A DNA stretch of 64,000 nt from Dicyema japonicum. Its lineage: Eukaryota; Animalia; Dicyemida. Below the pieces are notes generated by a model. It saw only the letters and a list, made by a program, of their open reading frames with translations, searched no databases and was not told the DNA's origin. Location: positions 392,527 through 456,526 of the forward strand of contig RDEW01000031.1 in assembly GCA_011109175.1 (NCBI GenBank), read 5' to 3'. The position numbers were made by a program, and so were the translations under genes. Below, one piece after another: positions 14,451 to 28,099 of the stretch (positions are counted from its first letter, which is position 1; each line of letters opens with the position of its first letter).

Positions 14451-16059
14451 TGGACAAATTAAAGGAAATCGAAGAAGTAATTTATAAAATTAGATAAAAC
14501 TATTTTTTTGGGTTTTGATAAAAGTTAGGGACTACTTGAGATCGATCTTCAAGTTAAGAAGAGGTCGAAAAGTCATCTCTAAAATGAAATAAAAATGACA
14601 TTTTCGGTATCATAATAAAGCTATCGTTTATATCAGAAAGGGGAGAGTCACACGAGACTTACATATGCCTGTTGTAAATTGTGCCTATTAGAGGTGGATG
14701 GCGAGGAAGGACTGTGGATATTGCCGCGAAGGGAACTGTAAGTACTAAAAGATTGTGAATTTTCTCATAGGTATCGACTGTCCGACATCACCCCTATCTT
14801 CATTTATTTTATTTACTCCCGATCCTTTCAAGTGAAGAAATTTGGTGGCTAACAAGAACGTAGCTACAACAACGGACGTTCCCAGGCATCCAAAAGGTTG
14901 ACGCAAGCAGAGGAGAAACAGAATACTGACAGGACACGATCTGTCCCATGTGCATGAATAGGAAAATGGGGACTATTCCTGCCATATCTTGTATAGGTAG
15001 GATTGATACCCACGTGGTAGTCATATTAAGCCAACTTCACTCCAATCAATATTATTTGATTTCATGAAACTATAAGACAACAAATATATTGATTTCGCGT
15101 GCTGCCTGAAAGTTCAAAAAAAGAAGAAAATACTAAATTGTAGACAAAAATATAAAAAGGAAGGAAATTGATGTTATATCTGTGGATTAATCAAATTTGA
15201 GAAAGTAAGACTTTCTTTAATGCGGTTCACTGTCTGTGACAAAATATCACAAGCCATATCTCAAGTCTGTGAGATATTGTATCATTCTGCCACGGAGACA
15301 ATAGAATGTTTTATTTTCGCAACTATAAGGAAAAACTAACCTCAGAGTTCGATCACTAATCGTCGCCATGGTAACCAGCGTATATTTTTTCAACCTCTAC
15401 AGTGGTTTCGAAGGCGATTCGGAAGATGCGAAACAATCTATGAAGGCTGAGTACTTATGCAGTTTCTTGTGCTCAACAAAATCGCCATTTATGAAGACAG
15501 GTAGAAAAAGTCACATCTCAACGAGAAATCTCCCATTCGAGAGCGGAAAATTGTTTCCAATCTCCAAGGTCAATTTAGTTGGTTCGAGGCGGGAAAAATC
15601 AACTATTATATAATAATGTGATATTTCCTCTGAGTTCATTTAATTTCGGTGTGTATGGGATTCGAATTCGGATCCTTTCGAGTATCCGACAGTTCCTTTT
15701 GCCAGAAATTCTAATTTTCCAATGTCTCCCACTTCCTTTACAACGCTCATGCTTGTGAGAAGAAGGAAGGCAAATAATAACTATACCAAACTCCATCACC
15801 AAATTAGGCAGACAATAACTATATTAGTCTGATGACATCATCAGTATTCGAGGTTTGAGAGTGGATTGTCCACCAAAAAACAGACCTAACTATTCCTCCA
15901 AATGTAATACCAAATCATCTACCATCTCAACTCCCAGAGTAACAACAACAGACGTCTGAATAATTCAAATATGATTTACTATTGCTTAATCGTAATATTG
16001 ATGAAATAACGTAAATTAATGATCTTACATAAATATTCTGCATAACAACAAAACAAAAT

Positions 16060-16375
16060 CCAGCCTCCAATAGTCCATTACAGACATCCGTTCAGAAGAG
16101 AGGTGAAGTTTGTCCGGCCTCTTCTACTTTTATCACACGTCATACCCACATCACTTCATTCTTAGGCAGAAGAGTTTTCATAATGATAATCCTCACTACT
16201 TTGTGAGTGAAGAAGATCCATTTCAACAGCTGTGCCGTGCCAGAAAGACTCATCGCCCGACGTGTTAGATCTGTTTGACGAGAATTGATCTTTGCTGAAA
16301 AATCCATCTTTCGATTCGAACCCATCATTGTCAGATCCGATGTCATCAGACGTCAAGCTCAGGCAAGAAGACTGG
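16060..16375 (-). mobile_element. tRNA-derived SINE family 2, copy 2
   Basis: GACATCGGATCTG...GGGTTCGAATC head; body collinear with 11690-11990. Confidence 0.65.
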
Positions 16376-17939
16376 GAATCATATACTGCTGACGTTGTCC
16401 GTATTTCTTTTCGTGCTGAGGTAAACGTACATGCGACTTACCTGGTGATACTTTTATGCGATTCTTCAATAACCAAGGTGGCGTGGAGAAGGTTGACTAT
16501 TTTAGACAAGGATTCCTTATCCTGCCTCGTTCCGGTGAAACCATCATTAAACAGTGACTGAATTAAGAGACACCCAGAAAAAAAATTAATTCTAACAATT
16601 TTTGAAGAACACTAAGAGAAGAATACAAAAGTAGGATATTTAAGAATGAAACAAAAATTATGACACAAAAACCGAATTATAGTTGCTTTTTCTGAGAAAG
16701 AAGTTGGCTCTGTTTGCCACAGCCGTGAAAGCTGGTGACCACGTGGATACCAATGATGACTCAGAGACTAGACAGAATCATTGTTGAGAAAGTTTGAGTT
16801 TATTAAAAGAATTATTATTATTAGTAAATTAAATATTAATACAACAAATTACGGCTTTTGTGATTTTTTTGTTTTTGTGGATCCTTTGGTCTTTCTCGCC
16901 TTAGTTGATTTGACTTTGGTTGTTTTTTTAGAAACGCTTTTCTAAAATAATTCAAAAAATACAGATTTTTTAATTTTTACGGGTTTTGTCTTTCTCGGGT
17001 TTTTAGCCCTAAAATGCAATTTAAAGTTACATTATGCACAGATTTGAACTGAACGAAGCCATAATGTTATTTATGTCATTATTTGCGTATTTCCATTTCT
17101 AATTATCACGATAATCAATACAAATCGATATTTATATCTCAGCAGGACTCCGATCAATATTACTCATTCGAGTGTCCACCATTTGCATCGACTCTATCTC
17201 CCATCAACATTGCCGGGAGCGTGGTAAATGCAATCTACTGCAGAAACGGAAAGAAGGCTAAGTGGTTCTGGGCCGGTTCACGTTGGGAAATTGGCGTCAA
17301 GAAAACTGAGGATATAAACAAAAAGTCTGTATATTCTCAAGAGACAGGGAGGTCTGGATACATTCAGAACCCATGATGTTGTTCATCAAGGCTCATTCTA
17401 ATTTTACTTTTTTTGTGAAATGCCTTTTAGAATGTGTTCCAAAGGTTTAACTCCTTTATTCTCTCTCCTGGAAGTACTACTCAATCGGATATAGTCTCTC
17501 TTAAGGAATAAGTAGTCCCCTTGGGATATATCTCCAGTATTTGTTCCATTTTTCTTAAATGACCTCTTAGGTCTCGCCATCTCGATTCCGCTTCGTCAAT
17601 CGTGGAACCCCCGATTTGACTGAAAACCTAGATAATTGCCCACGAGTAGGATTCGAAGGAATTGTTATCAACAATGTGATAGTGCTCAAACAAATCTGAA
17701 TTTATAAGTCAGATCCTGTTGTCTCTGGGGGTTACATTCTCTAGTCGTCAAAAACCGACAGTTGTGTCCTCTTTATTCATATACAATAATCCTAATATAT
17801 GCACTATCGCAATTTCCGCTGGGCATGTCAACTATAGCTCCGCTTAGGCAGAACACACACTTTATTTAAGTAAAGAAAAGTTATTATAACTATCGTAGAG
17901 GGAGAAGCAAGGAATGCTCTTCACCTCTTTGTTATCTTT

Positions 17940-18040
17940 TTTGGCGTGTATGTCCTTTACAGATGATCCGGTTCTGCAGTGAAGTAAGTGTTCACTGATG
18001 ACAGCGTCACTCGTCAACCCAAAGCATTCACATCCCTCAC
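17940..18040 (-). mobile_element. SINE family 1 internal fragment
   Basis: CACTGATGACAGCGTCACTCGTCAA matches the SINE1 body at 54950-55000. Confidence 0.55.
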
Positions 18041-18759
18041 AATTCTGAGGACGTGACAGAATCTTCATTTATCTGGAGGTTACTTTCATGTCTACCTACA
18101 AAATCTTGTCCTTCTGCGATATTAAGGAAAAAGTGGAGATCACCAAGAAATATAGTCAAATTATGTCCCAGAGTTGTTCAGTCCTCGATTACACGCATGA
18201 ACACATCGCTAAAAGTCAACCGTTTTAAAAATGAACGAATCCAACGTCCAACACATATAAGAACTAAGTTGTCACTTAAAATATGTGATTCACCATTCTG
18301 TGACAATCAAACAATTCTTAGGCATAAGTCAGGTATAAATAATAAAATATGACAAATTAGATTTTTCGATGATAATTCTATTCAAGAAAAATAAATTGGA
18401 AAAGAGATGTTTTCTCTAATAAAGAATTATTTTGTCGACATCACATTAGAAAATCTAGTTGATAGTAACGGATGGAGCCAGGGAGATGGTTTAAAAATGC
18501 AAATAGTTTAAAGTATTTAAAAAAAATTATGCTCTGGAATAATTTATGTAGTGTTCTTCATCGGCATAATCTTGTTTCCAAGATTGTGTCTAGTGTACTT
18601 AATGAAACCTTTGTCATAAAAATTATAAGTAAATCCAACAGTGATAAATATGACCGATTATTTAATAATTTTTGCACTGATGGAGATGAATCGTACAAAC
18701 GTATATTATTTAATGGTGAGGTGTACATCTTAAATTGCCTTATTTAGGTTCGCTGGTTA

Positions 18760-19340
18760 TCGAATGGAAATACGTGAACAGGGAGGTGATATTCAACATT
18801 AAGTCAAATCATGCCTCATATTGAAATGCTGGCTAAGACTACAATTCGTTGACAAGTGTGAAACGCCTGGACATCCACCTCACAGTCTTTGGATCTCCAC
18901 AAAAGGAGTATTATTCCTACTCTTGGTGATCAAATTCGGTTTTTACGAACTATCCTAGAGACTGGGTTTTCTCAGTCTCGATAGGATACAATCCATGACT
19001 AGATATCAACAAAGCCATCAGAAGCTTTAGTATCAACGGGCTTCTGGACGTATTTCACCAGTAATTGACGGAAGCGAAGATTTCCTACCACGCACGACTA
19101 TGCTGTTGTCTCACGTGGAGTTACATCCACAACTGTACAAGTGAGGACAATCATCTTCTCCACTATGCCCATCATGCTTTCTTGACGACCAGGATACGAG
19201 TCACCTCTTGTCCGGGTCCACCTTCTAGTTCTGCACAAAACCAAATATACTTGTCAGATCTCTGGGAGTTTTTGAGTGATCCAAGATTTGTGTCAACTAA
19301 GACTATTCGTTGCCCTGAGGACGGTCCTCCATGCAAATAA
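18760..19340 (+). mobile_element. Decayed Ingi/Vingi-like LINE 3' fragment with zinc knuckle
   Basis: SPLCPSCFLDDQDTSHLL motif, analogous to 3405-3647. Confidence 0.55.
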
Positions 19341-19719
19341 ACGACTCAGAGAGAACCCTCAACTGAAATTCCAGAAGAACACTATCAAATCTCCTTGAGA
19401 CAATTAATATACAAATGCCATCAAATGTCGCTATAGAGGGTTACTTGAAGGACCTGGGTATGTCCTCGTATCGTGGTTTCGGAAAATGAGGATCCAAGGC
19501 CTATGATAGAGCTGAAAAAGATCAAATAAGATGACTGTACCTAAGTCCTTTTACTAGTGTGTTAAGGGGGAGGCATTTCACTGGAGTGGAAAATTTCTTT
19601 TAGGCAGAAAGTCTTATTTTTAGTTGTGTTTTTCTAATATTTTTGATTGATTTGAATTTTATTTAACAAGAAAATAGTATTCATGTTGTCAAAAGTCATC
19701 ATAGAGTAGAAGTTGACTC

Positions 19720-20330
19720 CAAATATTTAAAATTTTTGGCCCCTTCCACGTACTCGATGTAACTTTCCCATCCCCTCCACGCTCCTAGTTTAGCGTTCCA
19801 ATCCCCATTGATAAAAAGACGCGTGAAGGACGCCAATTAGGTTAAGGTCCGGAAGAGATCCTCGAATAAAACATCAAGCTCTTCTGATCTTTTAAGACAC
19901 GATCACTATACGCTGACGATGGATATTAATCTCCGAAATTTAATAGCTCCAGCGTAATTGAATAATGTTTATTCTATCGCTGATCCCACAGAAACGGTAT
20001 ATTCTATTAAGCAAGCTCTTGTGCACAGCATTTCCCTGTCTATAGTGTCAATGACATTTATCAAGCCCTTTTTACACTTTCGTCTCTTTAAGGTAGCATA
20101 TCGATCTTATCAGTATTTTCCATCCTCCTCTGTTTAATGCCAGACTCCCTCAAACACCAAGGTCTTCACCGTTCATCAATGTTTTCTTTACCAACCTCAG
20201 ATCATTATCGAAAATTTCAGGAACCTTTGTACATGGTCGTTCACGGAAGTTCCCCAAATAAAGAAGAACCCACTTAGGTGTCATTGTCGTGGAAACGGAG
20301 GTGCTCAAGACTTTGATGCAGGAAAGGAAA
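19720..20330 (-). mobile_element. LINE APE-domain remnant (RTE-like)
   Basis: GDWNAKLG near 19780-19805 plus further degenerate APE segments. Confidence 0.55.
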
Positions 20331-20489
20331 TTTATCCGGATATATTAGAGGCGGTGTCTACACTGCGTAAAAAATGAAACCGTGAAACATTGTCTACCAA
20401 TAAAGTGTGGAAGTCTTTAAAAAAATTACTAAAAATTAGAACAATAAAGCTTTATTTGAGTGAATTCCTCGTTGTGATTCTAGTAATCG

Positions 20490-20570
20490 ATAAAAGACTC
20501 ACTATCGAACAAAAAGTGCAAATATTGCGTTATAAGGACGACAACAACTTATTATGCCGATAAATTTTGC
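20490..20570 (+). mobile_element. pogo/CENP-B-type HTH fragment
   Basis: KRLTIEQKVQILRYKDDN followed by a stop. Confidence 0.35.
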
Positions 20571-20899
20571 TCGATAAATTTTGCTCCTTATAATTATCCC
20601 TCTCATTGCTTGCTATCGAATTTGGAAAATATAATGTTCTTTCCTAAAAATGCTACAGGAATAATTCAGCCAATGTATTTGGGAATTATTAGAACATTCA
20701 AAATCAACTTTAATTTGGGTGTCTTACTGGATTATTGAAAAAAAAACATTCCAGTATTTCAATCATATAAAAATTTGAACCATAAAAACACTGTTCTATT
20801 TATAATAAATACTAATATTGTCTCATCATAAACAAAAACTTGCGTTCGATTCGGTGGCGTTAAATCGCTCTCGAGTTGGTAAAAATGTTGGAATGAAAA

Positions 20900-21650
20900 A
20901 AAAGAGGTGGCAACTGACCCAAAAAAATTAGCGAGGCAGGTAGACCTCCAGGTATGTAACAGGCAATCTCGGATGCCTTGGAATGGCTAGCCATACCTGG
21001 CGGAACTCTGCAGTGACAGATTCAGTATTGCAATATCTGTGAGTAAGATCAAGAAAATAGCTGTAGACAATGAGATTCAAAGAAGGAATACTGGTCTAAA
21101 GGACTAGGACCAGATGACCACAACTATCAAAAAAATCACGACCACCAGAACTGTGATGCGTTGCAGCTCAAGCATATTTATGAGGCCTTCGGGCGGAACC
21201 TGGCTGCTGCGGCAGATGTCACTTTTGAAGACCTAGAGTTACCCACAAGATCCTTTATAGGATAGTAAACGGATTAGTGTTAACTTGTATCAATAAGGAT
21301 ATGGCTTATGTGGTAGAGGCTAAACTAGTAAATGATATCTCCCTAGTGCTGTATGCAGCACAGATCACCTATGAGAAGTTGACGTACATGCTCAGACCAC
21401 CAAGTAAATTGAGAGCAGACCTGTGCCAAGATTGTTTAGAGACAGACAGAGCTGGAGCTCTGGAGGGGCACATAAGTAGTGTGGCGAGGGGTTAAAGAAA
21501 AATCACCGCCTATATTAAGATGGTTACTTAGTAACCCCCGTGTTCTCAAATGGGACCTCGAAGAGTTGAAGAAGTCAAGGTGAGTTAGAGGAGGCAATAT
21601 GGTGTATAAGAGGAAATTATACAAACGAAGGTCGGTGTAAGAGAAGAAGA
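20900..21650 (+). mobile_element. Highly decayed RTE-like RT 3' remnant
   Basis: DNEIQRR and VLYAA-like segments typical of the RTE post-RT region. Confidence 0.4.
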
Positions 21651-22099
21651 GAGAATAATCTGTTTGTGTTTAATCGCATTAGTCTCTCTCAAATCTGAAT
21701 AAAACATTTTCACCAACTGTACATGGATGGCTACAACAAACTTAACCTTAAAACATACCCTAAAAACATCAAGTCATCAACATATTACTAAGAACCCCAG
21801 ATGTATCAATTATTAGGTCAGAACTCGTTTATTATCAGAAATTGAAGAATGAGACTCAGACAAATTACGGAATTCAACTGCCTCGGTTTTCTATGTTAAA
21901 ATATTTGTTGAGTAACTGATCCACAGGAACACTCCCCCGAAGTGAAAACAGTCTGTAGCTTCACTTGCACGTGGTTCATTTTTTGATAAGCTCCGAGACA
22001 AATTGGAATTTTGAACAAGGAAAGGGATTATTAAATCTCGACTTCCTTCCCATCATCACCAGAACTTTGGTTCCAGTTTCAAAATCTTCACTGACAGAA

Positions 22100-22574
22100 T
22101 TATTTCTGTTTTCTGACCTCAGCAGTGTGGATGACGTCATCTTGGTTGACTATGGAGGGGGAAGGGGTAATAGTCTGAGACCTCTTCAGATTGATAACAG
22201 AAGTTATCCTCTCGAATATAAGCCTCTTATGTTCGTTGTCTACAATGATTATGCATTCCTTGTTTGTCAGTCTCCTGCTTCCCATATAGACTACCCCCTT
22301 TTCAGAGCATTCAGTCTCAGATAAACACTCATAAATACAGCTCCTGTGGTCGGGTGGGTCAGGGTCACTGAATCACCTTCAAAATCTATTGTCCCGTTGT
22401 TCTCATCCATCGAAGCAGGCTTGAAGTCGTCTAAATAGATACAATAAATTTACAGCGGATAGTATGGTAATCATTTCTCCGTTTGTTGGGACTATCATTA
22501 TAAAAAGAATCCCCCAGGACAATTTTGTATGATCCTTCGCTTAGGACGTCGTTTCCAACAATTTTAAAAATCAT
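22100..22574 (-). CDS. EAF: ELL-associated factor (EAF1/2 family), two 23-nt introns
   Basis: Spliced YKIVLGDSF...YHTIRYDFKPASMD...KECIIIVD...IFERITSVINLKR; the C-terminus after 22100 is uncertain. Confidence 0.9.
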
Positions 22575-22699
22575 ATTAAGAACCAACACCAAAACATAAA
22601 TTTTGAAATGTTTAAATTTACTTTAATAATTTAATTTTTTTATTAAAACAGTTGTTTTCAATTTCCTGATTATTTATTATTATTTAATAACAACAACAA

Positions 22700-24060
22700 A
22701 GTATGACAATGACCAGTTTAAATACACTCTCGAAAATTATGCATCGGTTCCAGTTGGGGAGTCTCTGTTCCTTGGTTCTCCTATATTCGAAGACCGAATT
22801 GTGGACGTGTTTAAAGAAAGGACAATAGAGCTCGGTACTTTTGAGACCCGTTTGCGGCATGTTGACAACCATATTGCCCTCTTCCATTTGAGAAACTGCT
22901 TGTCCATTCCAAGATTAAACTATTTACTAAGGACTGCACCATGTTATAAGTGTGATTCCTTTTTAATGGAATACTCTGATTGCCTCAAAAGATGTACTGA
23001 ATTCGTACTTAACGTTTCCCTTGACACCCCTGGATGGATACAGACTCAATTACCAATATCATTGGGTGGAATCGGTCTTACTACTCCCTGCCAAATTGCT
23101 GGCCCGGCGTATTTTGCCTCAAAACTTTCATGCAAAAACCAAGTGGACTCAATTCTTTCAAAGCTTCCATCTCGGAAACTGTCCAATGACTTGGTTGAAT
23201 ACATGGACGTGTGGCGGAGTGAAGGGCTTAGCGAGCCGCGTAATCCAGACCAACAATCGTCTTGGATGATCCATAGATGGAATGCTCTGGCATCCAACCT
23301 AGTCAGCCGGCTCTCTGGACATCGCCTGGACTGTTTCCAAAATTCGAGGGAGGCGGTTGATGGATTTTGGCTTGGGTTTACCCATGTCAAGAAGTTGGTG
23401 GATTGTTGGATGATGACTCCCTTCGTACAGCTGTATGTCTACACCTCGGATTGCCTGTTTGCACCAAATCGAAGTGCAAATGTGGCTGTCTATCGGACGA
23501 ACTGGGTCTCCACCTCCTCTCATGCCGGAGCGGAATTGGCAGATCTTCTCGACATTCGGCAATGAACGGCATCATTAAGAGGGCATTAGAATAGGCTAAA
23601 TTCTTTGCCGGACCGAACCAACTGGTCTATTTGACAACGGAAGACGCCCTGACGGCATGACCTCCTTTCCTTTCGAGCGAGGGCGAAACCTTGTATGGGA
23701 TGTGACCTGTGTCTGCTCTTTCGCCCCAAGCAAAAAAAATAATTCACCGGGCAGACCTTCTTCTCAAGCAGAGGAAATGAAAAATGCTAAGTATTCGGAT
23801 ATCAGCGACAGGTACATTTTCGCACCTGTCGCGATTGAAACTTCGGGGAACTTTGGCCCTAAAACGCTGAAGTTCCTGAATCATCTTGGAAAACTACTAT
23901 CCGACAAAACTGGTGATCTTCGTGAGACGAGATGGCTCAAGGAGAGGCTCTCGTTGGCTGTTGTCCGTGGAAATAGCTTATGCATCTCCCAACAGCTGAA
24001 TAATTAAAATTAACTATTCTTTTTCCTTATAATTAAAATATTAAAGATATATAAAACAAA
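22700..24060 (+). mobile_element. CRE-clade (RLE-type) non-LTR retrotransposon, 5'-truncated and frameshifted
   Basis: PRLNYLLRT, QLPISLGGIG, CKCG...HLLSC...RHSAMN, RPDG and LVWDVTC...APVAIETSG...RLSLAVVRGN; A/T-rich tail. Confidence 0.85.
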
Positions 24061-24077
24061 GTAACACATTCTCATGG

Positions 24078-26832
24078 AGACGTCGAAACCAATCCTGGTC
24101 CATGGAGAAGTTTTACAATTATACAACTGAATACGAATAAGATCAGGAAGAAAATCTTTGAACTCCGGGCACTCCTCCGCGAAAATGAGGCTGACCTCGC
24201 TTTAATACAGGAGTCCAAGCTATCTCCCTCCATACCAACACCCTCTTTTCCCGGATACACAGTGATCCGTAAAGATCGTCAGGGAGGACGCGGAGGAGGA
24301 CTACTTACTATTATAAAGAACGATATTCCTTTTATGGATACAACTCAACGAACCTCAGAGCTTCTTGGCTCCGACAAGACTTTGGAGCAGATTACTGTCA
24401 AAATCGAGTTATTCCCGTCCTTTTGGATCCATTTGGCTAATTTATATATTCCTCCACAAGGATCGTGTCCGTCATCTTACACCCCTGATTTATCACGCAT
24501 TTCAACATTGAAAAATCTACTGTTATGTGGGGATCTTAATGCACGACATCCAGTTTGGCTCACTTCCCAATCCTCTGATAACCGAGGAGAACTCATTGCA
24601 AATTATCTTCCTGACCTGATTATACTGAACAACCCTAACTCACATACGAGGACCCCATTAAGGATGACTGATAGCTGCACATCCCCCGACTTAACACTAT
24701 GCTCACCTTCTCTGGCTGGACTCATTTCCTGGAACGTCTTTTACGGCTTCTCCAGTGACCACAATCCAATCCTTCTAAAATTGAGAGGTCTTCGACGATA
24801 CAGGAGACGGCCGGCGGAATCAAAAAGATTCAAGGATTATACGAAGGTTGACTGGTCTGGTTTCAGTAACCTTGTGGATAAATTCTTGGCTCGGAGATTA
24901 TCCTTCCAATACGCTCTATTGACGAGGCCGCAGAAATTATCAGCGCTGCCATTCAGAAAGCTGACCATATTTTTATTCCTATATCGTCATACAAGAAGTT
25001 TATTCCTACCCTCAGCTCTTATACAATAAGTCTTATAAAACAAAGAGACCGGTTGAAGAGATGCCATCTGATGGACCTGAAGTCCTTGACAGCCTCAGAC
25101 AACTGAAATAAAAGGATCTGTCAGAGCATAAAACACAAGGACAAGAGATGGCAACATCTAGTTAACCACCTCGACAGGAAAAGTACATCCCGACATTTCT
25201 GGAAAACTCTTAAACAAGTCAAGTCGGAGCTAGATGATGCAGACGGAACCGGAAAGTCTTCTCCTGAACACTTATGCCACCAACATCCTAACACCCTTAT
25301 GAAACATTACGCTGGAATTAGCTTCAAACCATTCTCGAAACACCTGGACATTAAGGTGCGTGCCCATAAACCGAAGAAGGAACCTTACCACGAACTATTC
25401 ACAGATGACCAAGTCTTGGATGTGATCACCAGATTAAAGAGCTCACGGGCGTGCGGGCCTGACAAAGTATCTTCTATTCACCTAAAACACCTAAGCCACA
25501 ATTGGCAACCTCACGCAATATACAACCTGTCCATTAACTAAATATTATTCTCAAGATTTGGGAGAATTCTATCATCAGACCGATATTGAAGGCTGGGAAA
25601 CCAGAGACAGAACCTGCATCCTACAGGCCTATTTCCGTTACCAGCACACTGTCAAAAATTATGGAGAAACTTGTATTATCAGTCAATATTTCGTATCTTC
25701 CATCAAACGCACAATCTTGGTTTCTATTGACATCAACAGAGCCTTTGACACTGTTTCGAGGAAAATCCTGGTTGGAAAAATATTTTCTACTAATATTCGT
25801 CCGAATGTGAAATTATGGCTGGCCAACTTTTTGTCTGGAAGACGTGGAAGAGTAGTCAGTGGTGATCTCAGATCTAGATCACGATTACTACCGAACGGGG
25901 TACCCCAGGGGTCTCCACTTTCACCAATTCTATTCAACCTATTCCTACACGACCTACCTAATGATAGAGACGAAGATTCCCTGCTATTATCCTACGCAGA
26001 CAACGTAGTCATTGCAATACGGAACCGCTTGACGCAAGTCGCAGGACTCGCTCGCTTGGATCCCTTAAAACTCAGACAAAATTGAACACTCTCCACGATT
26101 GGATTGTTGGCAATCGACTTACGATTTCTGCAACCAAGTCCATCTGTTCCACTTTCACTTCGGACCGTCGTTCCAAGGATGAACCGAGTATCTTTATTGA
26201 TCCCACTCGGATTCCAGTGACAAGGTCCCCCACTGTCCTTGGAGTCAAGTACGACAGTCTACTCAATTTCAACTCCCACGCAAAAGACATGATTACCAGG
26301 GGCCTCCAGAAAGTTAACGTTTTACGCGCCCTTGTCCGGAGGACCACGAGGAACATGGACTTTTCCGTTTCTACCCTCTACCAACAAACAATCGCGCCTG
26401 CCGTTGAGTATGCCTCCGTTGCATGGAGATTCGCGCTATCGGAGTCTATGGTCCAAAGAGTCAACTCGATACACCGGAAAACAATCAGTATGCTTTGCCC
26501 ACGTAATGGATCAACAGTCGACCCACTACTCATGGAAGCTAAGATCCGTAGTCGTGGCTCCGGATTTCTTCGCGTTTGTGAGGATGATGGAAATCCGCTT
26601 CGCCTGATCCTTTCCATGGCAAGAGAAAAACCGATTGGATAAGAAATTCCCCTCCCCGATCGGATTCCTCTGCAAGACCGAGAGTAGGCTCTTCCGGAAA
26701 GTATTGGGGACGATGGAAGATCACAGACGTCGAATGGCACAATTGATTGCGAGAACTGGGATCACCTAACTGTTTGACTCTTTTGTCTTTCTTTCTCGAT
26801 GTTCCCGGGGTTATTAAAATAAATAAAATAAA
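24078..26832 (+). mobile_element. Ingi/Vingi-like LINE family A (2A-APE-RT), decayed
   Basis: GDVETNPGP in frame with APE (QESK, GDLNARH, SDHNPI); RT motifs PQGSPLSP and YADN; 15-bp TSD AACACATTCT(C/A)ATGG at 24063-24077 and 26833-26847. Confidence 0.9.
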
Positions 26833-28075
26833 AACACATTCTAATGGTGCAGATGGAATTCCCATAATCCTCCTGAAAAACCTAGGAAATGAAGGAATCG
26901 GTACCCTGACCAAAATCTACAACTGGTCGATTAATTATAACTCAATTCCAACAATATGGAAACTTGCAAACATCCTCTCAGTATCGAAGCCAGGAAAACC
27001 GAAAGAAGACCCAGCTTCCTTCAGGCCTATTTCTCTCTTATGCTCCATGTCAAAAATTCTGGAAAGCTTATCCTCGCAAAAATCATTGAAAGGACTCCCG
27101 ATAAATTATTCCATCATGGTTTCAAAAAGGATCGGTCCACAACGAGTTTCCTCACATCCCTGACTAACTTTATTCGCTCTGGATTTCTGTGCAAGCCAAG
27201 ACACCAAAAACTGTGTTCTGCTCACTGAACGTCCACAAAGCCTTCGATTCTGTGCCGAGGAAGAACCTAACATGGAAATTTACCAATCAGATATCCCTGA
27301 AAACCTAAAACGCTGGCTGATGAACTTCCTTAGCGGACGAAGAGGTAGAGTGTGCATTGGAAACATTAATTCTGTCTCCCGTTTATTCCCAAATGGAGTA
27401 CCCCAGGGCTCGCCGCTATCACCATTACTATTCAACCTGTTTTTTGTTGACTACTCGAGTGGTTTAATGAAACTCGGATGTCAATCAATACCGAAAAATT
27501 TGTTACAACTCTATACCTCGGACAAAAGATTGTCGAACAGGACAATAGAAGTTACTGCGGAGGGAAGAGAATTGCCTTCAGCAAATGGCAAAAAATATTG
27601 GGTATGACTTTCGATACCACATGAACTTTTCGAGACATGTCACTAACGTGCTGAACAAATGTGAGAAAATCAACCTTCTGAAATGCCTAACAGGTCTATG
27701 GAAAATTAGACATCACCCTATACTTAAAACGCTCTACTCACAGTACATCGAACCATGCATTTCATATGCGTGTACTTCATGAGGACCACTGGCCTCTTAT
27801 ACGAACATCCAGAAAATCTCCGCAACCCAGAAAAGGGACTAACTGAAAGATGGTATACAAAGGAACATATCAAATCACCGACGCCCTTGGAGACACTAAT
27901 TGAAAAAAATGAGAAAGGAAACCAATGCCAAAAAGAAAGTGCTCGTCCGCAACGAACTTGTGTAGGTTCAAGGGATTAACATCGAGAAAAGATGAGAGCC
28001 TTGATCCAATTCGTCGGGATCACTTAGTTTAGTTTTTCAGTTTAACAGTGGTCTTTGGAATTTAATTTAATTAAT
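26833..28075 (+). mobile_element. 5'-truncated Ingi/Vingi-like LINE (family B-like RT and 3' end)
   Basis: GADGIP, RPISLLCSMSKILE, GVPQGSPLSPLLFN; ends ...VGIT* followed by hairpin. Confidence 0.85.
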
Positions 28076-28099
28076 ATTATTTCAACATTCGTAAAATCA

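Noticed and set aside
16162-16356. Acidic protein-like ORF MTSDDIGSDNDG...
   Set aside because: It lies entirely within SINE family 2 copy 2, and the frame is not conserved in the other copies
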